From a virus (lineage: Duplodnaviria > Caudoviricetes): DNA of 64,000 nt. The first letter of the stretch is position 1. Each line of letters begins with the position of its first letter. The translations under genes were made by a program, and so were the position numbers. Shown piece after piece: positions 18,199 through 27,119 of the stretch. The DNA is taken from the IMG/VR virus record IMGVR_UViG_3300025073_000989; one strand, 5' to 3'. Under the pieces are notes generated by a model that did not search any database, was not told the DNA's origin, and was given only the letters and a program-made list of their open reading frames with translations.

Positions 18199-18672
18199 AT
18201 GTTCTTTGCGCAAGTATATGCAAGATTTAATCATATAGCTATTGCTGAAATTATACTTTCCATTTTGGGCGAGCCTAAGATTTTACTTACAGTAAATACA
18301 GTACATAACTACATTAGTCCTATTGATATGATGATTAGAAAAGGGGCTATTGCAAGTTATAAAGATTCGTTAATGGTAATTCCGTTCAATATGGAAGATG
18401 GTTTATTAATTTGTAGAGGAAAATCCAATGAGGGCTGGAATTTTTCCGCCCCTCATGGGGCCGGTAGAATTGGTAGTCGCGCTTGGGCAAAAGAAAATCT
18501 AAATCTTGAACAAGCAAGAGCAGGCATGTCGTCAAAAGGAATTTATTCTTCTAATATTCCAATAGACGAAACCAAGGGAGCCTACAAATCATCAGAAATG
18601 ATAAAGGCAGCGATTGGGCCTACAGCTGAAATAATTCATCAAGTAAGACCAATACTTAATATTAAAGCGTGA
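18199..18672 (+). pseudogene. rtcB: RtcB RNA ligase, C-terminal fragment only
   Basis: NFSAPHGAGR, IDETKGAYK, LNIKA C-terminal motifs; N-terminal metal-binding half absent and upstream frame closed. Confidence 0.8.
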
Positions 18673-19523
18673 GGTACTTTATGATTGATCTTTGGAACTC
18701 AAGTACAAGTAAATATCTGAAGGATTTGGTGATATATTTCAGTAATCTTGAACAAAAACCTTTTTATGAAGGAGTAAGTAAAATGTTTAATAAAGATGAT
18801 TCAACTTGGTCACGGAGTCAGGACGCTCTTTTATTAGGATTCCAAACAACTTGCAGAGAAAGGATCGCTAAGTTATTAAAAGTAGAAGATTTAGCAACTG
18901 AGGCCAGCAAAGAATTTATTCCTAGACATGAGGAAAAAGTTGCTTCAGTTATGGCAGATATAAATAATCGTATAGCGACAGATATTCAAGATCTAAAAGA
19001 TACTTTTGAGTACAGACTTTTTTCTTCAGATAACCCCACTTTATTACAAAGAATTTTTAATTTTTTTAATAGCAACGAAAGAAAATATTCTTTTGTACCA
19101 GAATCTATTGAAGTGGAAAAAAGAACATTTGCTATATATGAAGGATTGCTGGAAACTACAATTAGCTTTAAAGTAAAAGCCTCTGCTTGGAAGGGCTATC
19201 ATAAACGAATAGGTTATAGAAGAGGTTATATAAGAGAAGAAGAAACCATTATAAATAGGTGTTTTTATATTAAAACTCAAGCTAGAAGGGGTAGAACAGC
19301 TTATATAGCGTATGATAAATATTCCGCAAGTTTGCTACCGGACAAAGTTTTACATGTAGTAAAAGATGCAATTCTTATCGGAATGACTGATATACAAGTA
19401 GCTGTTCCTATGGTTGAACCGGCCCAAAAAGATCCTATTATAGTTGGATTTGTAGACGAGCAGATGTTCCTTATAACCTGGTTTGGTTACGACCTCAATA
19501 AGCATACGTCGTATAATCTCTAA
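18669..19523 (+). CDS. hypothetical protein (284 aa)
   Basis: Long ORF coupled to rtcB fragment; no recognised motif. Confidence 0.75.
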   Translation: MRYFMIDLWNSSTSKYLKDLVIYFSNLEQKPFYEGVSKMFNKDDSTWSRSQDALLLGFQTTCRERIAKLLKVEDLATEASKEFIPRHEEKVASVMADINNRIATDIQDLKDTFEYRLFSSDNPTLLQRIFNFFNSNERKYSFVPESIEVEKRTFAIYEGLLETTISFKVKASAWKGYHKRIGYRRGYIREEETIINRCFYIKTQARRGRTAYIAYDKYSASLLPDKVLHVVKDAILIGMTDIQVAVPMVEPAQKDPIIVGFVDEQMFLITWFGYDLNKHTSYNL

Positions 19524-19546
19524 TAATTTTTGTTGGAGAAATTAAA

Positions 19547-20032
19547 ATACAAGAAATTACTGGTAATATACTTGATTTTAAGAGAGGTATCATATGTCAA
19601 CAAGTAAACTGTATGGGAGTAATGGCCGCTGGTTTGGCCAAAGAGATCAAAACCGTGTATCCTGAGGTATATACAATATACCGTAATTGGTTTGAAAATA
19701 ATTACTTAAGTTTAGGACAACTATGTTGTGTTCCAATCAATAACCCTAACAATTCATTGTGGATAGCTAATTTATGTGGTCAATACAACTACGGTAGAAG
19801 TGGCTGCTATACAAGTTACGACGCTTTAACTGTAGCGTTACAAGCATTAGCTAACTTCATTTCTCAAAGATATATCCTTAGAGATCTACCAGTTTATATT
19901 CCATACAATATGGGTTGTGGTTTGGCCGGTGGAGACTGGAGTAGAGTGAAACAAATTATTTCAGAAAAGATACCGGAAGCGATTATTGTACGTTTACCAA
20001 AAAAAGGACTAAACCTATGCCTACTACAATAA
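19547..20032 (+). CDS. macrodomain (ADP-ribose binding/hydrolase) protein; probable ATA start
   Basis: In-frame upstream extension QEITGNILD...IICQQVNCMGVMAAGLAKEI; IANLCGQ; PYNMGCGLAGGDW. Confidence 0.85.
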   Translation: MQEITGNILDFKRGIICQQVNCMGVMAAGLAKEIKTVYPEVYTIYRNWFENNYLSLGQLCCVPINNPNNSLWIANLCGQYNYGRSGCYTSYDALTVALQALANFISQRYILRDLPVYIPYNMGCGLAGGDWSRVKQIISEKIPEAIIVRLPKKGLNLCLLQ

Positions 20033-20355
20033 AAATACGACTAATAGTAGGGTCTCTGTTAGTATCCTTTATCTTATTGGGTATGGATATAGCAGATGCC
20101 TATAAAACAGTAGATAAAGCTGAACCTATTTCTTCAGAAACTACTTTTGGAAAATACACAGTAATCTACGACGGCCCAAACAAAACTATGACTTGGAAGG
20201 ATGTTTATGACGTAAGGGAAAAAGATAATTTGTACTATGTTTTTTACACCACAATAGATAAAGAAAGGGTCAGAATTAAGGCACCAATTTCTCGTACAGT
20301 AATTAAACAGATTATGAAAGAAATTCCACATATAGAGAGTTCTATTGCCGGCTAA
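20017..20355 (+). CDS. exported/membrane-anchored hypothetical protein
   Basis: Signal-peptide-like N-terminus. Confidence 0.65.
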   Translation: MPTTIKIRLIVGSLLVSFILLGMDIADAYKTVDKAEPISSETTFGKYTVIYDGPNKTMTWKDVYDVREKDNLYYVFYTTIDKERVRIKAPISRTVIKQIMKEIPHIESSIAG

Positions 20356-20382
20356 ACGAAACTCTAACAAAGGAGCTCAACA

Positions 20383-20862
20383 ATGAAAAACTGTAACCTT
20401 TTGTACGATGTAATCGCTGCGCACCTCTTGTGGTTGGAAACAAGCGGTATTTCAGGGACAAGGGCCGATCTTAGAGGGGCCAATCTTAGAGAGGCCGATC
20501 TTAGAGGGGCCGATCTTAGAAAGGCCGATCTGAAAAGGGCCAATCTAGAAGGGGCCGATCTTAGAGAGGCCAATCTTAGAGAGGCCAATCTTAGAGAGGC
20601 CAACCTTAGAAAGGCCAACCTTGTAGGGGCCAACCTGGACTTCTCTTCAGGAATTCCATTTCACTGCGGAGGTACAGAAATCATAGGAGATGACCGGATG
20701 TTCGCCCAAATACTGTACCACTTGACCAGACAGGATTGGTCAAACTGTTCTGAAGAAGTTCTGGAAGCTATCAAAATCATTAACAACATAAGATCGGCCA
20801 GCGGCGATAAGATAGTCGACCTGTTCTGTAAGTACAGGAGTGACGTAAAAATACTTAATTAG
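20383..20862 (+). CDS. pentapeptide repeat protein, copy 3 (12 repeats)
   Basis: Near-identical DNA to 6773-7312 including flanks. Confidence 0.92.
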   Translation: MKNCNLLYDVIAAHLLWLETSGISGTRADLRGANLREADLRGADLRKADLKRANLEGADLREANLREANLREANLRKANLVGANLDFSSGIPFHCGGTEIIGDDRMFAQILYHLTRQDWSNCSEEVLEAIKIINNIRSASGDKIVDLFCKYRSDVKILN

Positions 20863-20975
20863 GAGAATACTAATGGGCAATAATAAAGGCTTTACTCTTA
20901 ATGATTTACAGAGAAATAAAAAGATAAGGGGACTGGAATGGTTAAGTCAATACTATCATCAGAAGACCTTTCCAT

Positions 20976-21176
20976 TTGGAAAAACTTTTAAGTCTAACAA
21001 ATGAAAAAGGTATTCTAAAAACTGCCGTGGAAGCTGGTTTTCACAACGCAGATTGTCCAGGACATGATGCAGTGCTTATAGACCCGTATTTTTGGTTTTT
21101 AGTTTTATACGGTGCTACTTTTGTTATTATTTCGATTGCTTTGATGATATATGATACTAGTAGAGAGAACTATTAA
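20976..21176 (+). CDS. small membrane protein
   Basis: C-terminal TM helix; TTG start uncertain. Confidence 0.45.
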   Translation: MEKLLSLTNEKGILKTAVEAGFHNADCPGHDAVLIDPYFWFLVLYGATFVIISIALMIYDTSRENY

Positions 21177-21354
21177 TGCCTTTGGGCCCAACGATAAAGC
21201 TCAGTGGACGCCGCCACAGAAGGGCTAAAAAATCAGCGCAAGGAGTTAATTTTATATGCAAAACCTAGAGTTCAATGCCTTTTGCGAAACGATACGGAGG
21301 TATTTCAAATGCGACGCCTCCTGTTATAGGTAGCACTTTTTAATTTTTTAACCC

Positions 21355-21446
21355 AGTGGATGGCGCCGGCGCGCAGGAGGGTCTTATAAACTCTTTAGCT
21401 GTAGATCACAGTTCTCGGGAGGGATCTACACCCTCATCCACTACCA
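21355..21446 (+). tRNA. atypical (allo-tRNA-like) tRNA, anticodon TAT, long variable arm
   Basis: AGTGGATG/CATCCACT-ACCA acceptor, GCGC-CGGC-GCGC mini D arm, ct-TAT-aa loop, agctgt/acagtt variable stem, non-canonical T loop ATCTACA. Confidence 0.6.
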
Positions 21447-21476
21447 ATTTTAGTAGGAGAAATTAAATGTCATGGA

Positions 21477-22391
21477 ATGACATTTAAAAGTTTTTGTCCA
21501 CCAAGACAAAAAAGTAGTAAACCAACCAAGCAGTCCAACCGTAAACCAAATGTAGGAGAAAGAAAGACTATGGCACCAAGATTTGAGAAGGCAGTAGGAA
21601 TTGAAGTGGAATTTTTTGTAAAAAATGATAAGGGTGAGGTAGTAATGCCCGGTACTAATCTGGACAGGGATGATTTTCCACTTCTTGGAGAAATCAGAGC
21701 TGTTCAAGGTAAAACTATGGCTGAAGCCTTAGGCAATTTCTACAGAAAAAAAGTAGAAATGGAAGCTCTTTTAACAAAAAAGCAAGTTATGTCCATTTCA
21801 CACTTCGAACTTGCAAAGCTTAAGGTATACCAAGAAGCTATTAGGCTAATAACCGCACCAAAAAACAGTAAAGATATACGTAACATTTACGGAATCGATA
21901 TATCTGGTTTTACTGATCAAGTAGTTAAAGATGGTAAAATTCAAGGAGCTAATGTTTCCTGTGGTCTTCATATTCATCTCTCTTGTAGAGAAATTGATGA
22001 GGTTAAAGTGGAACAAGATGTTTATTCCGCAGTAAGTATACCAATTACTACTACCGCCTCAAAAGATGTTATTGGTCTTACCCATTTGGTTACTCCGTGT
22101 CTATCACTATTTAAACATGAAGGCACAAAGATTGAAAGAACGCTTATGGCATCTACATCAAAATTAAATCAGCCCACAATTGAATATATTGTTAGGGCTT
22201 TTGATGAAAAATTCTTTAAAAGATTTGCGCCGAAAAAAGAAGAATGCACAAAGTATCGTCAACCTGGATTCTTTGAACGGAAATCTTATGGTTTTGAATA
22301 TAGAAGCCTCCCCGCTAACGCAGAAACTATTAACGCTTTACCAGAGATAGTTGGTTTCGCGTTTGATATGCTAAAGCTAGCTTCAAGTTAA
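21477..22391 (+). CDS. COOH-NH2 ligase (phiEco32-type amidoligase), copy 1
   Basis: GIEVEFFV, CGLHIHLS, YGFEYRSLP motifs. Confidence 0.75.
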   Translation: MTFKSFCPPRQKSSKPTKQSNRKPNVGERKTMAPRFEKAVGIEVEFFVKNDKGEVVMPGTNLDRDDFPLLGEIRAVQGKTMAEALGNFYRKKVEMEALLTKKQVMSISHFELAKLKVYQEAIRLITAPKNSKDIRNIYGIDISGFTDQVVKDGKIQGANVSCGLHIHLSCREIDEVKVEQDVYSAVSIPITTTASKDVIGLTHLVTPCLSLFKHEGTKIERTLMASTSKLNQPTIEYIVRAFDEKFFKRFAPKKEECTKYRQPGFFERKSYGFEYRSLPANAETINALPEIVGFAFDMLKLASS

Positions 22392-22478
22392 TCAATAAAT
22401 CGAAGATAGCAGCTTTCCGGCATCCACTGGATGTAATTGTTGGGCGATTTTGCCCTTATCATTAGAGGAAAATAGGAC

Positions 22479-22676
22479 ATGGAAGAACAGATATTGCCCA
22501 GCGAGGAATTTAAAATGACAAAAGGGATTCTTTATTGTGTATGTGCTGAAGCGGAAGCAGAAATATGTGATAGATGCGAAAAATATAAAAGAATAAAACC
22601 AGATCACACATTGAATTACCCAGCGTGGAAAAGAGAAAACGCACAACTACCAGAAAACGGCATCGATGCCGCTTAA
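22479..22676 (+). CDS. small Cys-containing protein
   Basis: AGGA RBS. Confidence 0.55.
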   Translation: MEEQILPSEEFKMTKGILYCVCAEAEAEICDRCEKYKRIKPDHTLNYPAWKRENAQLPENGIDAA

Positions 22677-22742
22677 AATGACGAGCAAGCAAAGCACGGG
22701 GCTATCAATGTATTTCTTATAATTAGATTAAAAATTTTGTTA

Positions 22743-22903
22743 GCTGATGTGCCGGAACTGGCATACGGCGGTGTGGATATAAGCCTATATGGATGGGGTT
22801 GAGCAATAAATAGCGGCCTTCTGGCTCAAGGCAAAAACCACCGTGGACTAAACAGCCAGACGTAATAGTCCTATTCGGGTTCGACTCCCGGTATCAGCTA
22901 CCA
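22743..22903 (+). ncRNA. 161-nt tRNA-shaped RNA with expanded anticodon arm and large variable arm
   Basis: Leu-type 5' end and D arm (GCTGATG TG CCGGAACTGGCATACGG), canonical T arm GGGTTCGACTCCC, 3' ACCA; 65-nt insert in place of the anticodon loop. Confidence 0.7.
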
Positions 22904-23037
22904 GTTGGAGAGTAAAGGAGAAAATTATGGCCGAAGAACAAGTCCTGCTTGAAATTAGTAAACACTACTTTAATTTTTAAGAAAAAATAAAACTAACCGA
23001 AAGTTATCTACAAAAAACAGTTTGCTAGGAATACTTT

Positions 23038-23244
23038 ATGTTGAACACATTACTATTTAAGTGGAATTACCGGTGTTTTGAGCCCCCACAACCATGCTTC
23101 ACTTGTGGTTCCGAAGAATACTATAGGGTTGATACAGAAGAAGGCTATCTTGTATTGTGTAAATCCTGCTACAATAAATTTGACCCTGTTTATAAACAAC
23201 CTTCTAACACTATTACTCTTCCTATTATAGGGGGTATATTATGA
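23038..23244 (+). CDS. small zinc-finger protein
   Basis: CFTC...CKSC; AGGA RBS. Confidence 0.6.
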   Translation: MLNTLLFKWNYRCFEPPQPCFTCGSEEYYRVDTEEGYLVLCKSCYNKFDPVYKQPSNTITLPIIGGIL

Positions 23245-23546
23245 ATAGAGATACAGTGATTTTAGATTTTAGACAAACAGTTTTATTGCTTAATAAACTT
23301 AGAACATACGATCCTAATGGGTGTTCTGTTGCTGGATGTGCCAATAAGGCTCAAGTGTTTATTGAGGACACTAGTAAACCAGTAAAAAGCTACTGTTTAC
23401 CTTGTTACCGGAAAAAGCATCGCAGAGAAACAGAATACCTGAAACACTTAGTAAGCGCTTATATAGATAGACACAGACCGGTAAAAATAAGCAGAAAAAA
23501 AGTTTCTGAAATCTTTACAGAACTAAAAGGCTACTTTATCAAGTAA
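23241..23546 (+). CDS. hypothetical protein with Cys pairs
   Basis: CSVAGC...CLPC; coupled to upstream ORF. Confidence 0.65.
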   Translation: MNRDTVILDFRQTVLLLNKLRTYDPNGCSVAGCANKAQVFIEDTSKPVKSYCLPCYRKKHRRETEYLKHLVSAYIDRHRPVKISRKKVSEIFTELKGYFIK

Positions 23547-23567
23547 GTCTGAAAAGTAATAATAAAT

Positions 23568-23790
23568 CACTCCTACTAGGACATTGTCAGTCAAACGTCA
23601 GGTTCGCCGCAGTTAGGGGAACAGTTGGAGGTTCTGGAACATGCGTTTGTGATATAGTAGAAGTCTAGTAAGGAGTTGTGTTTTCTTCTACTATACTCTC
23701 CTGAGTAAGTTAATGGTATGTCTACCAATAAGTAAACCCCCGGACAGACACAGGGGGGGGGCCGTCGCTGGCCCTTCCCGATTTTTTTTA
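23568..23790 (+). ncRNA. candidate structured non-coding RNA ending in a terminator-like hairpin
   Basis: actcctactaggac / gtctagtaaggagt closing stem; ccccc..ggggg stem; gggcc-gtcgct-ggccc followed by a T tract. Confidence 0.4.
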
Positions 23791-23833
23791 AAAAAAATAA
23801 AAAGAAGGTATGTAAATATATACATAAAATTTG

Positions 23834-23931
23834 TAGGGAGAGGGAAATTGCCTACTACCAGTAGAATCTGGCCCTGATGTCTACCCGAGGCTGAGAAGTT
23901 ATAGATAGGAAACTATAGGCAGCCCTACACA
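23834..23931 (+). ncRNA. candidate structured non-coding RNA / leader
   Basis: Nested stems tgtaggg/ccctaca and tgccta/taggca; no ORF. Confidence 0.4.
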
Positions 23932-23960
23932 AACATCTAATTAAAAATGGAGAATAAACT

Positions 23961-24332
23961 ATGAACGACAATTACACAGAAGTAGTAAAAATAATTGCAG
24001 AAAAGCTTGGTTCTACTACGCAGCATGTTTGGGAAATTCTTCTTCGCCAGGCACCAATTACTTGTACTGTTAATTTAGTAATTGGTTTCATACTCTCTAT
24101 ACTAGCCTATAAGTATTTTGTTTTTACTAAACACAAAACCACAACACCACCAAAAACAGAAGATAATCATTTTCCCACAGCAGATTGGGCTGATGATGCC
24201 GCCTTTGCTGCACGTCTTGTTTGTGTGGCTGTAGTACTTTTTGTATTATTATTTAACCTCATATTTATACGAGACGCAATAATAGCATTTCTCAATCCAG
24301 AATATTGGGCGCTTAAAACACTCTTAAAATAA
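23961..24332 (+). CDS. membrane protein
   Basis: Two TM helices; GGAG RBS. Confidence 0.75.
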   Translation: MNDNYTEVVKIIAEKLGSTTQHVWEILLRQAPITCTVNLVIGFILSILAYKYFVFTKHKTTTPPKTEDNHFPTADWADDAAFAARLVCVAVVLFVLLFNLIFIRDAIIAFLNPEYWALKTLLK

Positions 24333-24540
24333 AAAGTAAAATTATGAAGTGGTTTTTGGAATTAATAGAAAAACATAAAAACATATCTATTTTATTAATT
24401 ATAGTAATACCTATGGTTTTATTAGTGTTTAGTCATAATAAAATAGTAGAATTGCTTACTCTTCTTTATTTTGTAGTTCTATGTTTAATTGGCCTATTTC
24501 TTTAGAAGTTAAATAAAAATTAAACTAAAGAGGAAAACCT

Positions 24541-24744
24541 ATGACTACCAATAAAAACACCGTACTTAAAAAAGCTATACATAAAATTAAAAGAGAACAA
24601 GGTAGATATAGAAGAAAAATATCACTTTTAAACGTACAAACTTTTGATTATAGACTTATGATGGAAGATGTCGGTGAGCCAATAAGAAAATTTGAATCTT
24701 TTTCTGAGGTAGACAGATTACTAAATAATAGCTGTAGAAGGTAA
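24541..24744 (+). CDS. hypothetical basic protein
   Basis: GAGG RBS. Confidence 0.6.
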   Translation: MTTNKNTVLKKAIHKIKREQGRYRRKISLLNVQTFDYRLMMEDVGEPIRKFESFSEVDRLLNNSCRR

Positions 24745-24756
24745 ATAAGATTAAAA

Positions 24757-25209
24757 ATGATAATACAACAGATAAAATTTCTAAGAAAAGAATTAAATTG
24801 TCCAAAATGTGGACAAATAGTAAATGGAACACCGTGTAATCACATACTATTTATTCATATGAGTTTACTAAAAGATACCTTTATATACAATAATTGGTGT
24901 TTCGAAGATTTTATGTGCAGCTATAGCGAGTTGTATGAGGCCTATTATAATTCAAGAGAGGGCTGTACTATAAAAAACTTAGATCTAAAAATCTTAACTC
25001 TTTTAGAATGCAAAGAGATAGAAATATTCTTTTCACAGGAGAGAAGTTTGACTAATTTAGCAATAGAAAATACTACTATAATAGGTATAGCAAGGAAAAC
25101 AGAAACACAACAATTAATTTTTGATGAAAAGAGATTGGAAATTAAAACTATTGATAATAGATGTGATTATTGTATAGTTACTAACAAACCAATCTGCATT
25201 CATAATTAA
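24757..25209 (+). CDS. hypothetical protein with N-terminal CPKC
   Basis: ORF in plus-strand run. Confidence 0.65.
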   Translation: MIIQQIKFLRKELNCPKCGQIVNGTPCNHILFIHMSLLKDTFIYNNWCFEDFMCSYSELYEAYYNSREGCTIKNLDLKILTLLECKEIEIFFSQERSLTNLAIENTTIIGIARKTETQQLIFDEKRLEIKTIDNRCDYCIVTNKPICIHN

Positions 25210-25225
25210 AACTGAGGAAATTAAA

Positions 25226-25465
25226 ATGCGCCCGCTACTAAATGACGTAGGGATTATACCTTATTGTAAATGGAGATCTGTTTCTGGTAGACAGCTAGTA
25301 GCTAATAGCAATACAGTTATTGTCAGTGTTTGTAATAGCCCCAGTGTACTGATTCCTGCAAAAATTGTTGTTGCAAACGCACCTGGTATTCCCATTTTAA
25401 ATGTATTAACATGTTGTCACTGTCCTTATAGAAACAAGGAGGATGCTAACTATGCTAAAACTTAA
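25226..25465 (+). CDS. small Cys-rich protein
   Basis: GAGG RBS. Confidence 0.6.
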   Translation: MRPLLNDVGIIPYCKWRSVSGRQLVANSNTVIVSVCNSPSVLIPAKIVVANAPGIPILNVLTCCHCPYRNKEDANYAKT

Positions 25466-25784
25466 AGATATTGCATTCACAAAATTTATAGAAGACACCC
25501 CAGCAATTATACTTACAATGATAATAATATTAATAGTGAGTGTTGGGGGCGGAATTATAGTAACCTGTACAAAAGGGGAGTCTGTTACAGATACAACAAC
25601 GCTGAAAAAGCATGCCATATTTAGAGGCAACAATGAAGTCTATGAAATAGTTATAGATAATTGCCAATATCTAGCTAATCCACAAGGTACCTTATTGACA
25701 CACAAAGGTAATTGTACCAATCATGCTAACATTCCGACCGTTTTCTTTAATAGGGAAATATTAAGATTAAATTTAGGAAAATGA
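25443..25784 (+). CDS. membrane-anchored hypothetical protein
   Basis: AAGGAGG RBS; one TM helix. Confidence 0.65.
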   Translation: MLTMLKLKDIAFTKFIEDTPAIILTMIIILIVSVGGGIIVTCTKGESVTDTTTLKKHAIFRGNNEVYEIVIDNCQYLANPQGTLLTHKGNCTNHANIPTVFFNREILRLNLGK

Positions 25785-26003
25785 CAAGAGTGTTTTATGA
25801 CTAAAATGAATGAAATGAATGATATGTCCTATACTAAGTCTAGGTTTCCTTGCAAATAAACATTCAGCGCTTTGTATCAGACCAACAACTTTTACTTTAA
25901 ATAATTTACCTAAATACTTAAAGAGTGATTGTTCTTTTTGGGAATCAATGAATAAGAAATGTATTTTTGTTATATTTATGTGTAAATAATATTTGGTGAA
26001 AAA

Positions 26004-26252
26004 ATGAAGCCTATCGAAATAGTAACAGGAGTTACAGTAACTTTTACACGCGATATTCCAAAAGTAATAGAAGAACCACTAATTACTACTGTAATAAAAG
26101 CGGCTGAGTTGTATCAATACTCAAGAGTAAATTTAAAAGTAAAAAGTGTTTGTCCAGATTGCCATAGCATCCTTATAGAAGAAACCGACGTTGATACAAA
26201 AACGTTATACCAATGGTATTGCTCTAATAAAGGATGTAATTATAAGTTTTAA
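26004..26252 (+). CDS. zinc-ribbon protein
   Basis: CPDC...CSNKGC. Confidence 0.65.
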   Translation: MKPIEIVTGVTVTFTRDIPKVIEEPLITTVIKAAELYQYSRVNLKVKSVCPDCHSILIEETDVDTKTLYQWYCSNKGCNYKF

Positions 26253-26279
26253 TTTTAAAAGTTAGGAGATCTAAAAACT

Positions 26280-26522
26280 ATGCTCTTAGGTAATTTTACT
26301 CTACTTGAACGTATAAACAGCCCCGGTAGCTTTGGATGTCGTGTTTCAGTCGATGTAACAACCGGAATGCTTTGGTGGAAAAAAACTTCACATAAAGAAA
26401 TCCGACGTGAATTGGGAGGGTTTTGGTTTTTTGTTGAAACTGGTAAGTTTACTCCAGACCACCAAGCTGAAGAGTTAGAACGGGCGTGGAGAGCAAAAAA
26501 CGAAACAAGGCCAATACGTTAA
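26280..26522 (+). CDS. hypothetical protein
   Basis: AGGAG RBS; Trp-rich. Confidence 0.65.
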   Translation: MLLGNFTLLERINSPGSFGCRVSVDVTTGMLWWKKTSHKEIRRELGGFWFFVETGKFTPDHQAEELERAWRAKNETRPIR

Positions 26523-26526
26523 CACT

Positions 26527-26901
26527 ATGAATTCTCCATTTATTGATCGGGCAGTAAAAGAGGCTGAGAAAGTAGAGCATAAATTCCGCCTTGGTGCTGT
26601 AATACACAAAGGAGGTAGATTATTATCTATAGGAAGGAACTATTACCAAAGAAGTGCTAGAAACCTTCATCCTCGATATTCTCCTTGGGCAGGAAGTATA
26701 CATGCCGAAGTAGATGCTATTTTAAAAGCAAAAAAAGATCTTAAGGGTGCCTCTTTAACAATAGTTCGTATAAACAAAGACAAACAGCTGATGTTAGCAC
26801 GGCCCTGCACACATTGTATGCTCTACCTTAAACACGCGGGCATTAAACGAATATATTACTCGACTAGTAGTTACCCATACGAAGAAGTGGAGAATTTATG
26901 A
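26527..26901 (+). CDS. zinc-dependent cytidine/deoxycytidylate deaminase family protein
   Basis: HAEVDAIL and PCTHC motifs. Confidence 0.85.
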   Translation: MNSPFIDRAVKEAEKVEHKFRLGAVIHKGGRLLSIGRNYYQRSARNLHPRYSPWAGSIHAEVDAILKAKKDLKGASLTIVRINKDKQLMLARPCTHCMLYLKHAGIKRIYYSTSSYPYEEVENL

Positions 26902-27119
26902 GTATTAATATTAAAGTTACTTGTTGTAAAAAATGTCCATGGCTAATACCAGAAGATGAAATTATAGATGAATATCATGGGTGTTTATGTATAAATGTTC
27001 CTCCACGTTGTGGAAGGAAACTACACCGTACAGATGGCGGACATATGGTAGGAGTTGACTTAGATAAAAATAAATTAGATGTTATTCCAAGAAACTGTCC
27101 ATATAAAAATACAATTTAG
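26898..27119 (+). CDS. small Cys-rich protein
   Basis: CCKKCPW...IPRNCPY; coupled. Confidence 0.6.
   Translation: MSINIKVTCCKKCPWLIPEDEIIDEYHGCLCINVPPRCGRKLHRTDGGHMVGVDLDKNKLDVIPRNCPYKNTI

Noticed and set aside
6811-20633. Minus-strand RLAxL-repeat ORFs (6811-7083, 20364-20633)
   Set aside because: Antisense shadows of the pentapeptide repeat genes
21186-22445. A functional integron
   Set aside because: No integrase gene, no attI, and only separated half-site-like sequences
22743-22903. tmRNA or group I intron-containing tRNA-Leu
   Set aside because: No G3-U70, has a full D stem, too short for a tag ORF plus pseudoknots; insert of 65 nt lacks group I core and removal does not restore an anticodon loop
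23834-23931. Hammerhead ribozyme or SAM-I riboswitch
   Set aside because: CTGATG is followed by T rather than A and stem II does not form properly; SAM-I AUC and GCAAC core elements are missing
26527-26901. Deaminase as proven cause of the G-to-A lesions
   Set aside because: Motifs fit nucleotide-level deaminases equally well; nothing in the sequence shows it acts on DNA
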